Source of the DNA: Polyangiales bacterium
Lineage (GTDB): Bacteria; Myxococcota_A; Polyangia; Polyangiales; Ga0077539
Direction: 5' to 3'
Assembly (NCBI GenBank): GCA_044229975.1
Contig: JBGARZ010000035.1
Span: 1 to 14,485 of the forward strand
Length of the DNA stretch: 14,485 nucleotides
Below are positions 1 through 6,436 of the stretch, piece by piece. The notes under the pieces are model-generated. The model worked only from the letters and a program-made list of their open reading frames with translations. It had not been told where the DNA came from and did not search any database. Each line of letters opens with the position of its first letter. Within the stretch, counting starts at the first letter, position 1. A program made the translations under genes and the position numbers.

Positions 1-54
1 CGGTACGCCCTCGGGCGCGCACGGTGGCCCGACCCGTTCCAACCCCGCAAGCCG

Positions 55-89
55 AAGCGCCCCCTGCCGTAGTGGCAGGGGGCGCTTTC
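55..89. terminator. Probable bidirectional intrinsic terminator
   Basis: Perfect 14-bp stem AAGCGCCCCCTGCC (55-68) / GGCAGGGGGCGCTT (74-87) with 5-nt loop, about 24 nt past the stop of the leftward gene ending at 112. Confidence 0.85.
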
Positions 90-111
90 GGTCGTTGGTA
101 TCGCGGCGGTA

Positions 112-576
112 TCAGTCGTCGCCGCGGACCACGCCGAGGATGTCGTCGCGGCGGATGTACGCCCAGATCATGTCGCCGAAGCAGTAGGTCGGGAGGTCGT
201 CAAGGATCGTGTCGATGACGGCCTGCAGTCGCTCGACCTCGGCGCGGAGCCCGTCGAGGAGTGGGCCCACCTCGAACGGCCAGATCGGGTCATCCTCGAG
301 CGGATCCGCACCGCGCTCGCATATCAGCTCCTCAAGCCGTCGCAGGCGCTCGACCGCAGTCAGTCCGTCACCCCTGGGGGCGACCGTGTTGGCGACGATG
401 GCCTGGACGATCGCGCGCTCGGGCGTTGGCGCAGCCTCCCGCAGCCGCCGCACCTCGGCCACGAGCGCCGGGACGTCGGTTAGACAGACGGTGCGAGCGC
501 CTGGAATGCGTGACACGGGGTCGTCTCCGACGTAGGCGGCGCGGGCTTCGATCGCGTCGAGGTCGAGGTCGGTCAC
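112..576 (-). CDS. Phage hypothetical protein with N-terminal LDAIEARA...DVPALVAEVRRLR module (154 aa)
   Basis: GTG start overlaps the stop of 573..890; N-terminal module shared with 6433..7464. Confidence 0.75.
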   Translation of the reverse strand: MTDLDLDAIEARAAYVGDDPVSRIPGARTVCLTDVPALVAEVRRLREAAPTPERAIVQAIVANTVAPRGDGLTAVERLRRLEELICERGADPLEDDPIWPFEVGPLLDGLRAEVERLQAVIDTILDDLPTYCFGDMIWAYIRRDDILGVVRGDD

Positions 577-890
577 GGAGCGATCCTAGGCCGCTGCACC
601 AGTAGGAACGCACTGCCACCGACGACCACGACGTCGAGGATGCGCCACGAGTCCGGCAGCCACATCCCGTCATCCATGCGGCAGACCTGGCCCGGGCGCG
701 TCTTGGGGCGGTGCGTGTGCCGCGCCCGCCACGTCGTCGTCACGCACAGCGGCGCCACGGCAGCGGGCGCGACCCTCGGGTGCGGGGCGCGCGGCGTCGG
801 CGTGCCCGGCTGCTGCGCTGCGGACGCTGCCGGCGCGACGGACAGGACAGCGGCAGCGACGAACGCTGCGGCGACGAGCTTGCGGATCAT
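573..890 (-). CDS. Secreted protein with Sec signal peptide (105 aa)
   Basis: MIRK + hydrophobic LVAAAFVAAAVLSV + AASA cleavage motif; GAAGGGG RBS; promoter at 926-954. Confidence 0.75.
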   Translation of the reverse strand: MIRKLVAAAFVAAAVLSVAPAASAAQQPGTPTPRAPHPRVAPAAVAPLCVTTTWRARHTHRPKTRPGQVCRMDDGMWLPDSWRILDVVVVGGSAFLLVQRPRIAP

Positions 891-925
891 GGTGCGCCCC
901 CTTCGGGCTGTTGTGGTCGGTTCCG

Positions 926-954
926 AGAGTAGGGATGCTGACTGAACGTGTCAA
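926..954 (-). promoter_or_regulatory. SigA-type leftward promoter
   Basis: Minus strand TTGACA (954-949), 17 nt, TACTCT (931-926). Confidence 0.8.
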
Positions 955-957
955 TAC

Positions 958-1854
958 CTACGCAACGTTGTTCACGGCACGGCGCCGGGCGTCGTCGGGA
1001 ACCTGGGTGTAGCGCTGCGTCGTCGCCACGGACGAGTGCCCGAGCAGCTGCTGCACGGTGAGCAGGTCGCGCTCGGCGGCGTAGGCCCGCGTAGCAAACC
1101 GATGCCGGAGGCTGTGTGCCGTCCAGCCGGAGCCGAGGAGCTTCGTCAGGATGCGCCCCACGCGGTCGGGGGAGAGGTGGCCGGCGTCGCGGCCCGGGAA
1201 GATGAACCCCGCGCGCCCGGACAGCCCAGCCGCGAGCGCCGGGTGCAGGGGGACGACGCGGGTGCGACCGCCCTTGCCGGTGACGACGAGGTCGTCGCCG
1301 ACGACGTTGCGGGAGTGCAGCCCCGCGATCTCGGCCCGGCGCAACCCGGCGTAGGCGGCGAGGTACACCATCAGCAGCTCGCGGTCGGTGGCGCGGGCGA
1401 GCGCATCCGCGACGACGTCGGACGGCGTCGGGTGCGGAACCCCTTGCGGCACAGTCACTTTCGGCAGGCGCCGCGACGGGTCGACGTCGACGCGCTCGGA
1501 CTCCTCGGCCCACTGGTAGAAGCCGCGCAACGACGCGCGCACGGACTTGCGCGTCTCGGGCGCCCAGTCGTTCGCCGCCATGTACGCCGACAGCAGGTCC
1601 GGCGTGGCGTCGAGCGGGTCGGAGCCGAGCCAGGAGAAGAACCGCTCGAGGTGCATCCGGCGCAGGCGCACGGTCGTCGTCGCGCGCCCCGCGGCGCGGA
1701 GGTGCTGGACGTATGCGTCCAGAACGTCGGCATACATACTCTGAGTGTGGCGCATGAGCACAGCTCTGCGCGCGATGGCCCCCCGTCGCATGGGGATGAT
1801 CTTGGTAACGGCGGTCGCGGAGCGCGAGGCGTGCCGCCCGTTCGGGCTAGCCAT
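958..1854 (-). CDS. int: Tyrosine integrase, short type with no recognisable arm-binding domain; alternative start ATG 1737 (259 aa)
   Basis: Catalytic motifs GLRRAE (R), VTGKGG (K), HSLRH (HxxR), LLGHSS (H), TTQRYT (Y); adjacent to attP; C-terminus AVNNVA. Confidence 0.95.
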   Translation of the reverse strand: MASPNGRHASRSATAVTKIIPMRRGAIARRAVLMRHTQSMYADVLDAYVQHLRAAGRATTTVRLRRMHLERFFSWLGSDPLDATPDLLSAYMAANDWAPETRKSVRASLRGFYQWAEESERVDVDPSRRLPKVTVPQGVPHPTPSDVVADALARATDRELLMVYLAAYAGLRRAEIAGLHSRNVVGDDLVVTGKGGRTRVVPLHPALAAGLSGRAGFIFPGRDAGHLSPDRVGRILTKLLGSGWTAHSLRHRFATRAYAAERDLLTVQQLLGHSSVATTQRYTQVPDDARRRAVNNVA

Positions 1855-1855
1855 G

Positions 1856-2212
1856 TCACGCCGCCGAGGCGAGATACCGCAAACCGGGCGGTTTCTGGTT
1901 CGAATCCAGACGCGGGAGCAGAGGACTGCCCACCGGGCCGGTCGGGAGCACGCCGAGCACGAACGCGGCGGTGCCCGGCTGGCCCGTCAGCATTTCCAGG
2001 CGCAGCGCGACGGCTGCCGTGATGCCGCCCTCGTTGCGCCCCGCCTCCCACGCCGACACGGCCTGGACTGTGACGCCCGCCCCGAGCACGTCGGCGAGCT
2101 CCTGCTGTGTGATGCCCAGCATCTTGCGCCGGACCAGCCGGAGCCGGTCACCAGGACCGAACTCCGGGAACGCCCCCGCGTACACCCCCGCGTGAGTCTG
2201 TGTGGTGGTCAT
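1856..2212 (-). CDS. Immunity repressor, Xre/HTH_3 type (118 aa), attP in 3' end, ssrA-like tail LASAA
   Basis: DRLRLVRRKMLGITQQELADVLG...VSAWEAGRN helix-turn-helix; divergent from Cro-like gene; upstream of int; start MTTTQ chosen from promoter spacing. Confidence 0.9.
   Translation of the reverse strand: MTTTQTHAGVYAGAFPEFGPGDRLRLVRRKMLGITQQELADVLGAGVTVQAVSAWEAGRNEGGITAAVALRLEMLTGQPGTAAFVLGVLPTGPVGSPLLPRLDSNQKPPGLRYLASAA
1882..1919 (+). mobile_element. attP common core matching the 3' half of a tRNA, probably tRNA-Asn(GTT)
   Basis: AACCGGGCGGTTTCTGGTTCGAATCCAGACGCGGGAGC: T-arm TCTGG-TTCGAAT-CCAGA (1894-1910) followed by acceptor-like CGCGGGAG; no 5' half; lies inside the repressor 3' end (LPRLDSNQKP). 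Confidence 0.85.
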
Positions 2213-2219
2213 GTAGCCA

Positions 2220-2248
2220 ATGCTGCGCATACCTACGCAAGACCACAA
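2220..2248 (-). promoter_or_regulatory. Putative weak leaderless repressor promoter (Prep)
   Basis: Minus strand TTGTGG, 17 nt, CAGCAT, 7 nt, ATG(2212); non-consensus hexamers. Confidence 0.45.
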
Positions 2249-2291
2249 GGGGCGCGGTTGGAAATGGCCCGAAATGACTACGCCAGCACGC

Positions 2292-2322
2292 TTGACTAGG
2301 TGTGGGTACGAATTGGTAGGGT
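2292..2322 (+). promoter_or_regulatory. Early lytic promoter (PR-like), leaderless
   Basis: TTGACT 2292-2297 (19-nt spacer); extended -10 TGG-TAGGGT 2314-2322; ATG 2330 lies 7 nt downstream. Confidence 0.7.
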
Positions 2323-2347
2323 CCCCGTCATGGCTACCAATTCGTAC
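2306..2347. repeat. Perfect 14-bp inverted repeat, candidate operator
   Basis: GTACGAATTGGTAG (2306-2319) / CTACCAATTCGTAC (2334-2347), 14-nt spacer containing ATG 2330. Confidence 0.75.
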
Positions 2348-2518
2348 ACCGACGACGATCTCGTCGCCATCGGTGCCGCGGCCCGGATCCTCGGCGTCTC
2401 CGTCTCCACGGTGCGCCGATGGGAGGCCGACGGGCACGTCGCCTCGCAGCGCACGCCGGGCAACCAGCGCCGCTATCTCGTCGCCGACCTGATGCGACTC
2501 CGCAGGGTGGCGGCATGA
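2330..2518 (+). CDS. Cro/excisionase-like MerR-type HTH protein (62 aa)
   Basis: IGAAARILGVSVSTVRRWEADG...RTPGNQRRY motif; first gene divergent from the repressor; ends RRVAA. Confidence 0.85.
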   Translation: MATNSYTDDDLVAIGAAARILGVSVSTVRRWEADGHVASQRTPGNQRRYLVADLMRLRRVAA

Positions 2519-2898
2519 CCAGCCTCGCGTACCTCAACGACCGACCGCACTCCGTCTACGTCATGTGGGCCGCCGACGTCGCCGTCTACGTCGGCATGAC
2601 GTCGGACTGGGACCAGCGCATGAAGGAGCACGGTGTCTGGTGGTACTCCGCGGACCCGCACCGCGCCTGGAACATGCACGAGGGCTACTCGCTCCCCATT
2701 ACCCACGTTGACGTGTGGGAGCTCGGCGTGGATCGCTCAACGGCCCGCGCCATCGAGCGACAGACGATCGGCGCGCTGACCCCGACTCACAACCGCACGG
2801 GCGCCTCGCGGCGTCCGAGTAGGCCCTTCGACGAGGTCGTCGCCGAAGCCGAGCGCCACCGTCTGGCGCGGCCCGTGCGCCGCCGCCGCGCCTCCTAG
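2515..2898 (+). CDS. GIY-YIG nuclease-like protein (127 aa)
   Basis: SVYVM...VYVGMT...R..EH...E...I...PTHN pattern; ATGA overlap. Confidence 0.75.
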   Translation: MTSLAYLNDRPHSVYVMWAADVAVYVGMTSDWDQRMKEHGVWWYSADPHRAWNMHEGYSLPITHVDVWELGVDRSTARAIERQTIGALTPTHNRTGASRRPSRPFDEVVAEAERHRLARPVRRRRAS

Positions 2899-2899
2899 C

Positions 2900-2981
2900 C
2901 ACCACGTCGGCGCCGTCCGTGCCAGAAGGCCGCAGCGGACGAGACGCCCCCCGCCCGTCACGCTCCGGCGCCGACGTGGTG
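2900..2981 (+). other. Intergenic structured element closed by a 16-bp inverted repeat
   Basis: CACCACGTCGGCGCCG (2900-2915) / CGGCGCCGACGTGGTG (2966-2981) enclosing two possible short stems. Confidence 0.6.
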
Positions 2982-3016
2982 CCAGCCAACACCCGCCTCC
3001 GACCACGGGAGCAGCA

Positions 3017-3235
3017 GTGAACATCTCCACCACCATCCGGCTCGACGCTACGACGGCCTTCACGCCGGCGCAGTGGCTCGGGCGGGGCAGCGTCCACGTC
3101 CACCCGCTCGACGTCGACCCGGAGGACACCGACGTGTTCTCGACGATCTCGGGCACCCCGGACGACCTCGAGCGCCTGGCCGCTGCGTGCATCGCCGCCG
3201 CGAACCTGGCCCGCGCGAACGGCGCGGCGGCATGA
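3017..3235 (+). CDS. Hypothetical protein (72 aa)
   Basis: GGGAG RBS before GTG; stop overlaps next ATG. Confidence 0.75.
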   Translation: MNISTTIRLDATTAFTPAQWLGRGSVHVHPLDVDPEDTDVFSTISGTPDDLERLAAACIAAANLARANGAAA

Positions 3236-4239
3236 GCCAGATCACCGTCACGACGCAGGCCGAGCTCGACGCCGCACTGGCCGCCGCTGACGCCGATGCG
3301 GAGTGGACATACATCGACATCCACTCGACGGCCGGCGTGTGGCTGGAACTGTCGTCTTCGCCGCGCGATGGCGAGGTGCGCGCGTTCGGCTCGGCGTCGG
3401 TGCGCGCGTCCGACTCGGCGTCGGTGTACGCGTTCGGCTCGGCGTCGGTGCGCGCGTTCGGCTCGGCGTCGGTGCGCGCGTCCGACTCGGCGTCGGTGTA
3501 CGCGTTCGGCTCGGCGTCGATCGTCGCGGTGGGCTCGGCGTCGGTGCGCGCGTCCGACTCGGCGTCGGTGCGCGCGTCCGACGCGGCGTCGGTGCGCGCG
3601 TTCGGCTCGGCGTCGGTGCGCGCGTCCGGCTCGGCGTCGGTGTACGCGTCCAGCTCGGCGTCGGTGCACGCGTCCGACTCGGCGTCGGTGCACGCGTCCG
3701 ACTCGGCGTCGGTGCGCGCGTCCGGCTCGGCGTCGGTGCACGCGTCCGACGCGGCGTCGGTGCACGCGTTCGACTCGGCGTCGGTGAAGGCTTCACACTG
3801 CGTCGCCGTCCACCTGCACTCCGCGCGCGCCACGGTCGACGGCGGCGTCCTCATCGACGTGACCGGCATCGACCAGACCGACACCCAGCAGTGGATCGAC
3901 TACACCGGAGCCGACACTGCCGGTGACGACTACGTCGTGCTCTACAAGGCCGTCGACTCCGAGCTGAAGTCCGCCCGTGGGTTCGCCTACCCCCTCGGCG
4001 AGACCGTGCAGGACGACGCATGGACCGACGACCACGGCTGCGGCGGCGGTCTGCACCTGTCGCCGACCCCGGTGCAGGCGTCGTACTACTACGAGGACGC
4101 GACGCGGTTCCTGCGCTGCCGCGTCCACCGCGTCGACCTGCGCCCCATCCCAGGCGAAGTGGCGAAGGCGAAGGCCCGCCGCGTCGAGGTGCTGGCCGAG
4201 GTCGACATCCACGGCCGCGACCTGGCGGTGACGGCATGA
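3232..4239 (+). CDS. Octapeptide-repeat (probable beta-solenoid) protein with a conserved phage C-terminal domain (335 aa)
   Basis: 17 VxAx(G/D)SAS repeats; C-terminal LYKAV...GFAYPLG...CGGGLHLS motif recognised from phage proteins; ATGA overlaps at both ends. Confidence 0.85.
   Translation: MSQITVTTQAELDAALAAADADAEWTYIDIHSTAGVWLELSSSPRDGEVRAFGSASVRASDSASVYAFGSASVRAFGSASVRASDSASVYAFGSASIVAVGSASVRASDSASVRASDAASVRAFGSASVRASGSASVYASSSASVHASDSASVHASDSASVRASGSASVHASDAASVHAFDSASVKASHCVAVHLHSARATVDGGVLIDVTGIDQTDTQQWIDYTGADTAGDDYVVLYKAVDSELKSARGFAYPLGETVQDDAWTDDHGCGGGLHLSPTPVQASYYYEDATRFLRCRVHRVDLRPIPGEVAKAKARRVEVLAEVDIHGRDLAVTA
3376..3783 (+). repeat. 24-bp in-frame tandem repeat, 17 copies
   Basis: Consensus GTGCGCGCGTYCGRCTCGGCGTCG, counted unit by unit. 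Confidence 0.95.
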
Positions 4240-4400
4240 CCGCGCCGTTCCTGACGATCCACGACGCGCCGCTGCCGCAGACGATCGCCATCGCTCGCGA
4301 GGCCCTGGGCGCGGTGCTGCTGTGGCAGCCGCGCCGGTGGGTGCCCGAGGTGCCGCAGCCGCCCGAGTTCCGCATCCCGCAGGACGGTGACGACGCGTGA
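4236..4400 (+). CDS. Hypothetical protein (54 aa)
   Basis: MTAPFLTIHDAP...; ATGA and GTGA overlaps. Confidence 0.7.
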   Translation: MTAPFLTIHDAPLPQTIAIAREALGAVLLWQPRRWVPEVPQPPEFRIPQDGDDA

Positions 4401-5044
4401 AGCCGGACCAGGCCGCGCAGCTGCGGGAGCCGTTCCCGCGCAGCGCCATCGGCTACCAGGACCGCGGCGGCGGGCAGCGCCTCGCCTACGTCGGCCACGC
4501 CGCGACGACGGCCCGGCTGCTCGAGGTCGACCCGGAGTGGTCGTGGGAGCCCGTCGCCCTCGACGAGCGCGGGCTGCCTGCGTTCGACGCCATCGGCGGG
4601 CTGTGGATCCGGCTCACGGTCTGCGGCGTGACGCGCCTCGGCTACGGCGATGCCCAGGGCAAGAAGGGTCCGAACGCCGTGAAGGAGGCCATCGGCGACG
4701 CGATCCGCAACGCCGCCATGCGCTTCGGCGTCGCCCTCGACCTGTGGGCGAAGGAGGACATCAGCGTGACGCTGGCGCCCGAGACCCCCGGCGGCACGGG
4801 CGGTGGGGAAGCCCCCGTGCCGCCGGCCACCCGCAGCCACGCGGGCGACCGCAGCGCTGGCGAGGGGGTCACCGACGCGCAGCTTCGGAAGATCGGCGCG
4901 CTGATGAAGGGCCAGTCGCGCGACCAGGCCCTCGCGATCGTGTCGTCGGTGATCGGTCGTGAGGTCGAGTCCCGCAACGAGCTGAGCAAGCGCGAGGCGA
5001 TGACGCTGATCGACGCACTCGAGTCCCAGGCGGGTGCGGCGTGA
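4397..5044 (+). CDS. Rad52/Rad22-like (Sak-type) single-strand annealing recombinase (215 aa)
   Basis: YVGHAATTARL..VDP.WSW, LWIRLTVCGVTR.GYG, KEAIGDAIRNAAMRFGVALDLW; C-terminal TDAQL...LSKREA..LIDAL. Confidence 0.85.
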   Translation: MKPDQAAQLREPFPRSAIGYQDRGGGQRLAYVGHAATTARLLEVDPEWSWEPVALDERGLPAFDAIGGLWIRLTVCGVTRLGYGDAQGKKGPNAVKEAIGDAIRNAAMRFGVALDLWAKEDISVTLAPETPGGTGGGEAPVPPATRSHAGDRSAGEGVTDAQLRKIGALMKGQSRDQALAIVSSVIGREVESRNELSKREAMTLIDALESQAGAA

Positions 5045-5166
5045 GCACATGTCCCGTCTGCGAGGGCCACGGCTCCTACGCGAAGGTCGACGGTCGCCCG
5101 CTCGTGTTCGTGACGTGCCGCAGCTGTGGCGGCTCCGGCGAGATCGACGAGGAGGCGGGACCGTGA
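5041..5166 (+). CDS. Small DnaJ-type zinc-finger protein (41 aa)
   Basis: MSTCPVCEGHG...CRSCGGSG has two CxxCxGxG motifs; GTGA overlaps; not in ORF track, translated by hand. Confidence 0.75.
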   Translation: MSTCPVCEGHGSYAKVDGRPLVFVTCRSCGGSGEIDEEAGP

Positions 5167-5399
5167 CCGACATCTTCTCGAACGCTTGGTGCGACTGCTG
5201 TGGCGAGATCACGGCCCACATCCACCTCGGCCAGCGAAGGCTCGAATGCACCACCGAGGGCTGCCACGAGACCCGCGACGCGGACGCCAACCAGCAGTTC
5301 CCGCCGAACACCCCCGTCCCGCTGTGCCCGACGTGCCTCGGCTCCGGTTACGCCCGGATCGACGACGCGTACTTCGCCCCGAAGGAGGGGTCCGTATGA
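5163..5399 (+). CDS. Cys-rich hypothetical protein (78 aa)
   Basis: WCDCCG, CTTEGC, CPTCLGSG; GAGG RBS; coupled overlaps. Confidence 0.75.
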   Translation: MTDIFSNAWCDCCGEITAHIHLGQRRLECTTEGCHETRDADANQQFPPNTPVPLCPTCLGSGYARIDDAYFAPKEGSV

Positions 5400-5671
5400 A
5401 CTGGAACGCGAGCGCGACCTTCGTCGCCGTCCTCGTGCTGTTCCTCGCCGCGATCGGCGTCGCGACGCTGGTCGTCGCGGCGTGGGTGGCGCTGGTCGCG
5501 TGGTGGGAGGACCGCCGCCGCGTCGAGGAGTTCCGCGCCGCGCACCGGGCCGCTGTCGCCGCGCAGTCGACGTACCCGCTGCCGTCGCAGCGGACGTCGT
5601 CGTCGGCGTCGGGCTTCGGCTCCATCGACGGCAGCGGGAACGTGCGCGCCGTGAGGGGGAAGCGGCGATGA
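5396..5671 (+). CDS. Membrane protein (91 aa)
   Basis: Long hydrophobic N-terminus; AAGGAGG RBS. Confidence 0.75.
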   Translation: MNWNASATFVAVLVLFLAAIGVATLVVAAWVALVAWWEDRRRVEEFRAAHRAAVAAQSTYPLPSQRTSSSASGFGSIDGSGNVRAVRGKRR

Positions 5672-6087
5672 GCGCCGTCTGCCAGGAGCGCGGACCGAAG
5701 CCGGGCGACGTCATCGGCGCCCTCTGCGCCTGCGGGCACGTCAACGTCGTTCACGACGCTGGCGGGTGCGCCGTGTGCGCGCTGCGTGTCATCGCTCCGG
5801 CTTCCGACCCGCAGCCCCCGACGCTGCGCGAGCAGGTGGCGCGAGCGATGCACGACGCCTACGAGGCCCGAGCCGCTGAGGTCGGCTGGGAGACGCAGGC
5901 CCGCAGCCGAGTCGCCTGGGCCGACGTGCCCGAGGCGAACAAGCAGGCCATGTACGCCGCCGTTGACGCCGCTCTCGCGGTCGTCGCGGACTGGCTCGCC
6001 GCGCAACCGCTCGTCGGTGACAGCGGCTACCCCGCGCTCGACGCCCAGCGCGACCACGACGTGCGCCTCCTGCGAGGTGCGTCGTGA
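5668..6087 (+). CDS. Hypothetical protein, Cys/His N-terminus plus C-terminal module shared with 6433..7464 (139 aa)
   Basis: CACGH...H...CAVC; DPQPPTLREQVA...VVADWLA...QRDHDVRLLRG. Confidence 0.75.
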   Translation: MSAVCQERGPKPGDVIGALCACGHVNVVHDAGGCAVCALRVIAPASDPQPPTLREQVARAMHDAYEARAAEVGWETQARSRVAWADVPEANKQAMYAAVDAALAVVADWLAAQPLVGDSGYPALDAQRDHDVRLLRGAS

Positions 6088-6221
6088 ACGGCGTCGTCGG
6101 CCTCGCGTTCTGGCTCGCGTTCGCCGGCCTGTTCGTGTGGTGCGCCGTCGCCACCCGCCGCCACGACCGCAAGGCCGAGCTCGACGCCTACGAGCGGGTC
6201 CGGGGCGGGGGGTGGGGGTAG
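6084..6221 (+). CDS. Small membrane protein, copy 1 (45 aa)
   Basis: MNGVVGLAFWLAFAGLFVWCAVATRRHDRKAELDAYERVRGGGWG; near-identical to 7461..7598. Confidence 0.75.
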   Translation: MNGVVGLAFWLAFAGLFVWCAVATRRHDRKAELDAYERVRGGGWG

Positions 6222-6436
6222 TGGCTGGGTTCAGCACCGAACCGCTCCCGCCGCGCATCACGCGCAGCCGCGCCAAGTGCAACCGGTGCGGCGACGTCAT
6301 CGAGTCGAAGCACCGCCACGACTTCGTGGACTGCTCATGCGGCGCGATCTTCCTCGACGGGGGCAAGGACTACGTGCGCTACGGCTACCGCGCTGAGGGC
6401 GACATCGAGTTGATGACCGAGGCGGAGGCGTCGTGA
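6221..6436 (+). CDS. Zinc-ribbon phage protein (71 aa)
   Basis: CNRCGDVIESKHRHDFVDCSCGAIFLDGG motif recognised from phage proteins. Confidence 0.8.
   Translation: MAGFSTEPLPPRITRSRAKCNRCGDVIESKHRHDFVDCSCGAIFLDGGKDYVRYGYRAEGDIELMTEAEAS

Noticed and set aside
1845..1920. Complete tRNA gene
   Set aside because: Only the 3' half is present; no D-arm or matching 5' acceptor strand, so it is interpreted as attP
2213..2437. Extended repressor N-terminus (193-aa ORF)
   Set aside because: Would overlap the divergent promoters and the Cro-like gene; the HTH begins shortly after ATG 2212
2900..2981. MITE or intrinsic terminator
   Set aside because: No clear target-site duplication, no second copy in the window, and no U-tract; kept only as a candidate structured RNA
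3376..3783. CRISPR-like array
   Set aside because: Contiguous 24-bp units with no unique spacers, in frame within a gene, and no cas genes
2737..3884. Long antisense and alternate-frame repeat ORFs
   Set aside because: Shadows of the stop-free tandem repeat
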